From: Patescibacteria group bacterium
Lineage (GTDB): Bacteria > Patescibacteriota > Patescibacteriia > Patescibacteriales > GWC2-42-12
NCBI GenBank assembly: GCA_041662965.1
Contig: JBAZRI010000002.1
Location: 46,062-110,061, forward strand
DNA: 64,000 nucleotides
Direction of reading: 5' to 3'
Each line of letters starts with the position of its first letter. Position 1 is the stretch's first letter. The notes under the pieces are model-generated. The model saw nothing but the letters and a program-made list of their open reading frames with translations, was not told where the DNA came from and did no database searches. Below, piece by piece: positions 20,663-27,670 of the stretch. A program made the translations under genes and the position numbers.

Positions 20663-20824
20663 ATGGAAAAAAGTTATTTTGAAGGCCCAAGGGTGCGAAA
20701 CGTTGTCCCAACAGGAAACAAATGCCCAGTATGCGAGAAAGGCGATGAAACTGAGTTCGAAGTGTTCGTTTGAGACCAATGGATAAAACGTTGCAGTTGC
20801 AACAACGATGATTGCATTGCCTAA
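20663..20824 (+). pseudogene. Zinc-ribbon microprotein interrupted by an in-frame TGA
   Basis: GGAGG-8nt-ATG; MEKSYFEGPRVRNVVPTGNKCPVCEKGDETEFEVFV*DQWIKRCSCNNDDCIA*. Confidence 0.5.
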
Positions 20825-20926
20825 AAACTAGGCGGCAAAACTTCCGGGGCGGTGTAGCCATGCTATCATCCGCCCCAATTTTTATAAAATAAAAACAACA
20901 CCTTTTTAAAAGTGCTGTTCCTTTTT

Positions 20927-21002
20927 TGGGGTAGGTACTGGGAATCGAACCCAGATTTCTTGCACCACAAGCAAGAGTTCTAGCCGTTGAACTATACCCA
21001 CC
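20927..21002 (-). tRNA. tRNA-His(GTG)
   Basis: G-1, GTGGGTA/TACCTAC, C73, encoded CCA, loop TTGTGGT. Confidence 0.95.
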
Positions 21003-21013
21003 ATGATAATATC

Positions 21014-21487
21014 TTATTTTACTTTCACATTTTTATTATGAACCAAATAATGGCAATTGCGACACAGCCAAACTAAATTATTAATCTTATAATTTTTTCT
21101 ATTACAATCTTTATGATGTATAATTAGAACTCTTTTATCATCCAAGCCGCATAATTTACATTTTATTGGGATTTTACTCTCTTTCATAACGCGATAATAA
21201 GTGAATTCACCGCCTTGCCAATTTGAATGAAGTTTGCCAATATAATATTTATTTCTCCAAATAGTCTGGCATTTCTTGCTGCAAAAAAACTTCCCGCTCT
21301 TTGAAATTTTCAATGCCTTTGGCGTTTTCCATGTTTCCTGACCGCAAATTTCACAAAGAACATACTTACCTTTTCTTTGCCCTAAATATTTGCATTTTCT
21401 CGAACAGTATTTACCATAACCCAGTTTTAAATGGCTTGGTTTAATATAAAATTCTTTTTTACAAATTTTACATTTTGCTATAGGCAT
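21014..21487 (-). CDS. HNH endonuclease with tandem CxxC zinc-ribbon repeats
   Basis: CKICKKEF...YCSRKC repeated; C-terminal CKLCG...IIHHKD.NRKN..INNLVWLCRNCH. Confidence 0.85.
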   Translation of the reverse strand: MPIAKCKICKKEFYIKPSHLKLGYGKYCSRKCKYLGQRKGKYVLCEICGQETWKTPKALKISKSGKFFCSKKCQTIWRNKYYIGKLHSNWQGGEFTYYRVMKESKIPIKCKLCGLDDKRVLIIHHKDCNRKNYKINNLVWLCRNCHYLVHNKNVKVK

Positions 21488-21544
21488 ATACCATTAATAA
21501 TATCAAAATTAACTCGCAATGTCAATGTACTGTCTTGTGGATTA

Positions 21545-21582
21545 AACTTATGTCCTACCATTGTACTATAGCCAGCCACCAT
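21545..21582 (-). pseudogene. Degenerate tRNA 5'-half (His-like)
   Basis: ATGGTGGCTGGCTATAGTACAATGGTAGGACATAAGTTT resembles the start of tRNA-His (ATGGTGGGTATAGTTCAACGGCTAGAAC). Confidence 0.5.
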
Positions 21583-21652
21583 GGTTTTTTTAAATAAAAG
21601 TTGCCTTGCGGCAACTTTTATAATATAACAGAATTTGCTAAAAAGTCAATGA

Positions 21653-22174
21653 TTACACCATCGCCGTTACTTTCTTTTCTTTATATAATAACGCCAAGCT
21701 AAACTCACAGGCGCCGACTAAAGCTCCGGTATAAAATAAATCGCCGAGCAGGCTGTTCCTAAAAAAAGGAACGGCCATATAATAACTTTGTAGCAATCCG
21801 GCCGCGGTCTGCGGATAAAGAGAGCCGAACGCCCAGACCGCTCCGTTTGTCATTAAATAAAATATCACACTGCCTAAAATCGTACCGCCTAAAACCGTGC
21901 TTAATTTTTTGTTCCGCCTGACTAATAGGCCGATTAAACCCATAACCGTGAAACTTGAATAAACCGACAGCATAATCGGCCAGCCGTAAAAACCGATGAA
22001 CAAATCGCTGAAAAACATGGCGGCTAAAGGCAGAATAAGCGCCCATTTCTTCGGAAGATATAATCCGGAAAAAATCGCGATTGCCCCGATTGGCGCGAAA
22101 TTAGCCGGGTGGGGTAAAAACCTGGCCGCGATGCCTAAAATAATTAAAACTAACGCTGGCAGATACTTTTTCAT
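21653..22174 (-). CDS. ECF S-component-like membrane protein (DUF6580-like), putative cobalamin transporter
   Basis: RFLPHPANFAPIGAIAIFSG...SDLFIG...TNGAVW...PFFRNSLLGDL; last gene of the riboswitch operon. Confidence 0.75.
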   Translation of the reverse strand: MKKYLPALVLIILGIAARFLPHPANFAPIGAIAIFSGLYLPKKWALILPLAAMFFSDLFIGFYGWPIMLSVYSSFTVMGLIGLLVRRNKKLSTVLGGTILGSVIFYLMTNGAVWAFGSLYPQTAAGLLQSYYMAVPFFRNSLLGDLFYTGALVGACEFSLALLYKEKKVTAMV

Positions 22175-22195
22175 AAAATTATATTTATAATTTAA

Positions 22196-24301
22196 TTATA
22201 GCAGAAGCAACAGCAATTTCAACCCTAAAAAAATTCCGGCGATAATAGCGCCTGCGCCGGCAACATATAATGCTTTTTTAGCCACGGCATTAATTTTTTC
22301 TTTAGCTGTTACTTTAACGATAACGCCATTATTTTGAGCCTGAGCCTGAATTACATTATTAATCGTAGTTGACGCGGTTTTATTTTCTGCCATCTCCTGG
22401 CCTGATTTCTTACTAGCTATATTATTCACGACAACAGTCGGCTTTAGCGAGGTTATTTTCGCGGACAGCACTTTCGGCGTAACTTGCTTTACCGGCTTAA
22501 CGGCAACGCTTATGGTTTTAACCGTTTCTGACCTGGCCTTTTCTTCGTTAGCTTCAGCCTGAAGCAAACTTTCCGTACTGCTGGCTGTAATTAAATCTTT
22601 AGGCGATGAGGTGGCTATATCTAACTTTTCTAAAGTTGAGGTGGCGATTTCATTTTCAACTACGTCAATATTATCAGCCGGCACTTCAGTCAGGCTCGGC
22701 GCGGCCAGTTTGGAAAAATTTTGCATAATATTAAGCCACGGCTTACCCTGCGCCGCCGGTATGGCGTAAGCGGTTGACCAGAGGCGATTAGCCTCATAGG
22801 CGTTTTCTTTTTCTAAACCGCCGTCAGCGCCCTGGCTTAAAGCTAAATAGCTTTCCGGCGTATTATTATTTTTTTGCCAGGCATCGCTAGATTCGCCTAA
22901 AGCCGCTAGAGCCTGCATAGCCCAAGCCGTGGCATAAGTGCTGCCAAAACCGCCGTCGGCGCCCTGGGCGTTCAATAAAAAATTTCTGGCTTTTTGCAAA
23001 GCCGGCGCAACGCCGCTTAAAGATGGCGCGGAGGCCAGAGCTTGTATGGCGGCGGCCGTTAAATCAGAACTGCCCCAGGAACCGTCGGCTTGCTGTTTAG
23101 CTATTATGAAATCCGCTGTTTTTTTTATTACTTCCTCGTCAGCCGCGTAACCGGCTTTGCTTAAAACCAACAGCGCGAAAATATCGTCATTATATAATGA
23201 AGCGTCGCCGAACTGCTGGCCGTCAAACAAATCAATTATTTTATTTATATAATTTGTTTTTACGCCGTTATAGGGATTGATATTTAAAGACATTAAAGCC
23301 ATGGCGCGGCGCGAATAATCCGACGCTAAATTCATGCCGGCTAACGGATCAGGGTCGGCCAATAAATAATTTTTAATTTTTTGCGCGGCCGAACCATTGG
23401 AGTTGGCCGAGGCTAGAGCTATAGCCGCCCAATCGGATTGCAAAACAGCGCCGAAAGAGCCGTCAGAGCCTTGTTTAGCGATTAAAAAATCTATGGCCTT
23501 GCCTAAATCAACCTTTAAAGGCGGAACAACCGCGGAACCGCCGCCGGACGCAGGCGGTAAAATTATGCCGCCGCCGCTTGGCTGGTCTTGATCTTGGCTA
23601 TTATTTTCTTCCTGTCTTGCCTGCGCCGTAATAGTAACTTCAGCGCTGTTAATATAACCGCTTTTTTTGCCATAAATTAAAATCGGCGCTGTCGTGGTAG
23701 CCGTATATTCATAAATTCCGCTTACATTTTCCAGCTCCTCGCCGCCGATCATTAAAGCGCTGGAAGCGGCTAAAGACCAAGCCGGATTCCAGCTGGCGTC
23801 TAAGCCAAACTGCTCCACCGTTATGGTAGAAGTGGCATTAACATAAGGCGAAGCATTATCCGTAGAAATTTTTAACGGATTGATATTATAGGTTAACAAT
23901 AATTCTTCGCCGTTAGCCAGCATGTGTTTGTTCAGCGCCGTTAAGCCATATTCCAAGTCACTAAACCAAGCCCAATAGACTCCGTTGCCCGCGTCATTAT
24001 TTACATAACCGCCAAGGGAATTTAAAAATATATCGTCGCCCCACCAGCCAAAGTCGCTTATTATCCCTGATTGCTCAACCGCGCACTTGGCATTAACCGA
24101 AGTAGTGCTGGCGCTAACGCTGTCGGCGCAAGCGATTACATCAATGCTTTGGTCATACAGGCTGGCGTCGTTGGTTTTTATTTGCAGCCTGATAGTCGTC
24201 GTGGCCGTATCGGCTTTAGCTATGTCAGTAAAAAACCAAAATGCTAACGCAAACGTAAAAATAAAATAACAAATTTTAAAAAGATTTTTCTTCATACTCA
24301 T
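22196..24301 (-). CDS. Surface protein with DUF4430-like beta domain + prenyltransferase/squalene-cyclase-type alpha barrel (transcobalamin-like)
   Basis: Signal peptide; FLNSLGG...YWAWF..; repeats QGSDGSFG, QQADGSWG, QGADGGFGSTYATAWAMQAL; C-terminal TM. Confidence 0.75.
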   Translation of the reverse strand: MSMKKNLFKICYFIFTFALAFWFFTDIAKADTATTTIRLQIKTNDASLYDQSIDVIACADSVSASTTSVNAKCAVEQSGIISDFGWWGDDIFLNSLGGYVNNDAGNGVYWAWFSDLEYGLTALNKHMLANGEELLLTYNINPLKISTDNASPYVNATSTITVEQFGLDASWNPAWSLAASSALMIGGEELENVSGIYEYTATTTAPILIYGKKSGYINSAEVTITAQARQEENNSQDQDQPSGGGIILPPASGGGSAVVPPLKVDLGKAIDFLIAKQGSDGSFGAVLQSDWAAIALASANSNGSAAQKIKNYLLADPDPLAGMNLASDYSRRAMALMSLNINPYNGVKTNYINKIIDLFDGQQFGDASLYNDDIFALLVLSKAGYAADEEVIKKTADFIIAKQQADGSWGSSDLTAAAIQALASAPSLSGVAPALQKARNFLLNAQGADGGFGSTYATAWAMQALAALGESSDAWQKNNNTPESYLALSQGADGGLEKENAYEANRLWSTAYAIPAAQGKPWLNIMQNFSKLAAPSLTEVPADNIDVVENEIATSTLEKLDIATSSPKDLITASSTESLLQAEANEEKARSETVKTISVAVKPVKQVTPKVLSAKITSLKPTVVVNNIASKKSGQEMAENKTASTTINNVIQAQAQNNGVIVKVTAKEKINAVAKKALYVAGAGAIIAGIFLGLKLLLLLL

Positions 24302-24306
24302 GCATC

Positions 24307-24334
24307 TGTCATCCCCGCGAAGGCGGGGATCCAG
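24307..24334 (+). repeat. GTCAT REP-like palindrome (family B)
   Basis: TGTCATCCCCGCGAAGGCGGGGATCCAG. Confidence 0.85.
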
Positions 24335-24349
24335 AAATATTTATATTAA

Positions 24350-24892
24350 TCAAAATGATTTATTTTCATACTTCCATTCTATCGTGTCATTATTTTTTAA
24401 TTCATAATTAGACACGCCGGTTTGCGCCGGCTGGCCATTAACATAATACAGCCAATTGGCTCCGGCCGGATTATTTTTCACGCCGTTAATTTCTTCCATA
24501 AAAAAACCCAAACCCGAATAATTTTTGCCGGAAAAATTGATTTTGTTTTCTTGATTTAATATATTCATTAAATCATAGACCGAACCGCCGAGCTTTACCG
24601 CGGCTTCATATTTTACTCCGCTGATTATCATTACTACTTTGATTTTTTCTTCGGTCGGCGCAATCACCGGCTTAGGCGCTTCGGTTTTTTCCGGCTTAAC
24701 AACTTCTTCCAAAGCGGTAGGCGCTACCTCGTCCGGTCCGGTCACTGCCGGTTCAGTTCTCTTCTCAACCGCGCCGGCCTGCTCATTTACGACCGGCTCG
24801 CCTTTTTCTTCAGTTAAAAAAATTACTAAACCGCTAGCTAAGGCTATCAGCAAAAATAAAATAAAAATTATCGCTAAATATTTAGTTCTCAT
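24350..24892 (-). CDS. Membrane-anchored DUF4430 (transcobalamin C-terminal-like) protein
   Basis: GLGFFMEEINGVKN...WLYYVNGQPAQTGVSNYELKNNDTIEWKY. Confidence 0.85.
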   Translation of the reverse strand: MRTKYLAIIFILFLLIALASGLVIFLTEEKGEPVVNEQAGAVEKRTEPAVTGPDEVAPTALEEVVKPEKTEAPKPVIAPTEEKIKVVMIISGVKYEAAVKLGGSVYDLMNILNQENKINFSGKNYSGLGFFMEEINGVKNNPAGANWLYYVNGQPAQTGVSNYELKNNDTIEWKYENKSF

Positions 24893-24896
24893 AAAC

Positions 24897-24919
24897 AAAA
24901 ACCCGCCTTTCGAGCGGGT
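24897..24919 (-). terminator. Riboswitch-controlled intrinsic terminator
   Basis: ACCCGC-TCGAAAG-GCGGGT-TTTT immediately before the start codon. Confidence 0.75.
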
Positions 24920-24944
24920 ATTATAAATTTAATAAAAAATTAAA

Positions 24945-25073
24945 TCTATTTTCTTTGCTCGAAGAAAAATCGTGATATTAGCTGATTATCAGCATTCTGG
25001 CTTGTTCCACCATCACGGCGGACATTACAGCTGCGGCACAGCGCCTCGAATCGCACGAGGACTTTCCTGATAT
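24945..25073 (-). promoter_or_regulatory. Cobalamin riboswitch (compact form)
   Basis: AGGAAAGTCCTCGTGCGATTCGAGGCGCTGTGCCGCAGCTGTAA...AAGCCAGAATGC (B12 box), closed by TATCAG/CTGATA; downstream hairpin with loop CGAGCA; TTGAAT-16-TATACT promoter at 25105-25078. Confidence 0.85.
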
Positions 25074-25109
25074 GATTAGTATAACTAATTACCTAAAAAA
25101 TTCAACTAG

Positions 25110-25181
25110 TACGCCCAGTTGGAATCGGACCAACATATCCAGCTTAGAAGGCTGGTGTTCTATCCATTGAACTATGGGCGC
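25110..25181 (-). tRNA. tRNA-Arg(TCT)
   Basis: GCGCCCA/TGGGCGT, anticodon arm CCAGC-CTTCTAA-GCTGG; T loop reads TCCGATT. Confidence 0.9.
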
Positions 25182-25214
25182 TCGATTTAGACTAAAATTT
25201 AATTAAACAAATAT

Positions 25215-25282
25215 CTCTTACGCAAGCGTTTACTCTAGCCTGCTTGTCCCCGGAGCATAAGCGCAGGGGGAACTATGGGAGC
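25215..25282 (-). pseudogene. Decayed tRNA-Arg-like fragment interrupted by a family A hairpin
   Basis: GCTCCCATAGTTC-[CCCCTGCGCTTATGCTCCGGGGACAAGC]-AGGCTAGAG. Confidence 0.5.
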
Positions 25283-25379
25283 ATAAAATAACCATAAAAT
25301 AAAATTGCCAATTTTCAGCAATACCAAAATACTACCGATTTAAACATGATTTGTCAAAACAATAATTGATAATTATTAT

Positions 25380-25481
25380 TGTTTACGATTTATTTATGAA
25401 ATTTTCGTGCGAGGACTGTTTGAGCCCCACGGCAGCGGGGCGAGTTCCGCAGTAGAAAATTTCATAAATAAATCGTAAACA
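25380..25481 (+). repeat. Long palindromic repeat family C, copy 2
   Basis: TGTTTACGATTTATTTATGAAATTTT-core-AAAATTTCATAAATAAATCGTAAACA. Confidence 0.88.
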
Positions 25482-25495
25482 TTCATGCGGCAATA

Positions 25496-26419
25496 TCATT
25501 TCCTATGTCTTCCGTGAAACGCTTTATGCACGTCGCGCAACTGCTGATCGGTAATATGGGTATAAACTTGCGTGGTGGTAATGGAGGCATGGCCGAGCAT
25601 AGCCTGCACGCTCCTGATATCCGCGCCATTCATTAAAAGATCAGTAGCATAGCTATGGCGCATAGTATGCGGCGTCACTTCCTTGGTAATGCCGGCGATT
25701 TTTGAATATTTCTGCACTAAGCGCTGAACACTGCGAGGGGTCAGGCCATCTTGCGTATCACGACCAGAAGCCGCTTTATCATGGCTCGTAAATAAATAGG
25801 GGTTCGTATCTAATCGGGATTTTAAATATTCCTCAATCGCCCGCTTGGCATCATCGGATAAAAACACCACGCGTAATTTAGAACCTTTGCCGCGCACCGT
25901 AAACTCGTCTTTTTTTAAATTAATGTTCTCAATTTTTAATTTGCATAACTCGGAAACTCTAAGGCCGGTGGAAAAAAATAATTCCAGAATAGCCTTGTCG
26001 CGCTTTTTAATAATTTCCGGCGATTCAATCTTAAACGGCGCTTCTAAAATCCTCACTAAATCCGCGCCTTCTAAAAAATCAACTTGCCTTTGCTCCTGCT
26101 TGGCCAATTCCACTTTCTCCGGCTCCAGCGATTTTATGTCGTTTTTAACCAAATACTTTAAAAAACCGCGCAAAGCGATTAAATGATAATTTTGCGTATT
26201 TTTTTTCAATCCCTCGTTTTTAGCATTGTTCAGGCGATTTAGCCATAACCTGTATTTATGTACTAATTCTTTGCTAATTTTAACGGCATTAACCACGCCA
26301 GATTCTTTAGCAAAACCGGCAAATCTTTTCAAATAAAACGCATAATTACTAACCGTGATGCGCGATAAGCCTTTTTCCACCTCTAAATATTCCAAAAAAT
26401 TATTTATTACCTTATCCAT
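25496..26419 (-). CDS. xerC: XerC/XerD-type tyrosine recombinase
   Basis: [45 protein letters not shown]. Confidence 0.88.
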   Translation of the reverse strand: MDKVINNFLEYLEVEKGLSRITVSNYAFYLKRFAGFAKESGVVNAVKISKELVHKYRLWLNRLNNAKNEGLKKNTQNYHLIALRGFLKYLVKNDIKSLEPEKVELAKQEQRQVDFLEGADLVRILEAPFKIESPEIIKKRDKAILELFFSTGLRVSELCKLKIENINLKKDEFTVRGKGSKLRVVFLSDDAKRAIEEYLKSRLDTNPYLFTSHDKAASGRDTQDGLTPRSVQRLVQKYSKIAGITKEVTPHTMRHSYATDLLMNGADIRSVQAMLGHASITTTQVYTHITDQQLRDVHKAFHGRHRK

Positions 26420-26552
26420 ATATTGTTATTTTACGACACCTTGCAATTTTTTACAATTTATGTTAGTCTTAGCTCATAATTTATTAAAAAATAACAGTAC
26501 CCAGTCTTGGTCAGGGTTTTGTCTCCCTGTCTCGGTCTGGGCCAAAGCCAAC

Positions 26553-26966
26553 ATGTTAGACAAAAAAGCCAAGCAAAAAATCATCAACAAGTTTAAGATC
26601 CATGACACCGATACCGGATCTTCGCAGGTGCAAATCGCCATTTTAACCGAAGAAATCAAGCAATTGACCGAACACTTGAAAAAGCACAAGCATGACCATT
26701 CTTCAAGACGCGGCCTTCTAAAAAAAGTCGGCGAGCGCAGGCGCCTGTTGAAATATCTGCAAAAAGAAGATAAAGAAGCTTTTGACGAACTGGCTAAGGC
26801 CTTAAAATTAAGAATCGCCAAAAAGATGATTGAAGACGAAGAAGTCAGGCAAAAAATTGAGGATGAAATTTTAGCCAAGCAAGAATTAAAAGCCGAGCAG
26901 GCCGAAGAAGCGGAAAATGAGCGAGCCGAAGCCGAAGACCATAAAAATAAAGAAGACGAAGAATAA
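26553..26966 (+). CDS. rpsO: 30S ribosomal protein S15 with acidic C-terminal extension
   Basis: [16 protein letters not shown]...[23 protein letters not shown]; start ATG 26553. Confidence 0.96.
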   Translation: MLDKKAKQKIINKFKIHDTDTGSSQVQIAILTEEIKQLTEHLKKHKHDHSSRRGLLKKVGERRRLLKYLQKEDKEAFDELAKALKLRIAKKMIEDEEVRQKIEDEILAKQELKAEQAEEAENERAEAEDHKNKEDEE

Positions 26967-26971
26967 AAAGC

Positions 26972-27076
26972 GCCGGATAAAAATTTTGGTTTTGAGCGCA
27001 TACGAAATTGTAGTATTTTTCTTGAAAAAAAATACCCAAATTTCGTCTAAGTGAAAAACCAAAATTTTTATCCGGC
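26972..27076 (+). repeat. Long palindromic repeat family D, copy 3
   Basis: GCCGGATAAAAATTTTGG-core-CCAAAATTTTTATCCGGC. Confidence 0.88.
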
Positions 27077-27090
27077 AAAAATAACTATTT

Positions 27091-27588
27091 ATGATAAAAC
27101 ACAAGGAGCAGAGAATCGGCGTTTTAGTTGATGTTTCCAACATGTACCATAGCGCTAAAAACCTCTATAAAAGAAGAACTAATTTTAAAGAAATTTTAAA
27201 GACAGCCATCGCCGGCAGAAAGTTGATTCGGGCTACAGCTTATGTTATAAAAACCGAAAACGAAGAAGGCAATGCTTTTTTTGAAGCTTTAAGCCAGCAA
27301 GGCTTTGAAGTTAAAATGAAAGATTTGCAGATTTTCGCCGGCGGCGCTAAAAAGGCCGATTGGGACGTTGGCATTACGGTTGACGCCATTAAACTGGCGG
27401 AAAAATTAGATGTTATAATTTTAGTCACCGGCGACGGCGACTACATACCGTTAGTAAATTTTTTGCAGAACACCAAAGGCTGTTTAGTGGAAATTATGGC
27501 TTTCCGCCAAACCACCTCAAGCAAATTAATTGAAGAAGCCGATGATTTTACAAATTTAAGCGAAGACAAAAGATACTTATTGAAATAA
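27091..27588 (+). CDS. NYN (LabA/DUF88) domain protein
   Basis: VDVSNMY...KADWDVGITVD...VTGDGDY. Confidence 0.9.
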   Translation: MIKHKEQRIGVLVDVSNMYHSAKNLYKRRTNFKEILKTAIAGRKLIRATAYVIKTENEEGNAFFEALSQQGFEVKMKDLQIFAGGAKKADWDVGITVDAIKLAEKLDVIILVTGDGDYIPLVNFLQNTKGCLVEIMAFRQTTSSKLIEEADDFTNLSEDKRYLLK

Positions 27589-27670
27589 ATAATAATTAAC
27601 GCTTGACCTGCGAACAGATAGTACTGTGGCTTAACCATAGTTCTGTAGTTTGTCGGCCAAGCACAAAAGT

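Noticed and set aside
20771-20876. Selenocysteine recoding of the microgene UGA
   Set aside because: The UGA is not at a Cys-motif position, no SECIS-like hairpin directly follows, and no sel genes are in view.
21014-26419. Integrative island (tRNA-His to tRNA-Arg plus recombinase) carrying the B12 operon
   Set aside because: No att direct repeat found. The recombinase looks like a housekeeping Xer next to rpsO, and codon style matches the core genes.
26355-26552. N-terminal extension of rpsO in the ORF track
   Set aside because: Overlaps the xerC start and the promoter/leader; S15 homology begins at ATG 26553.
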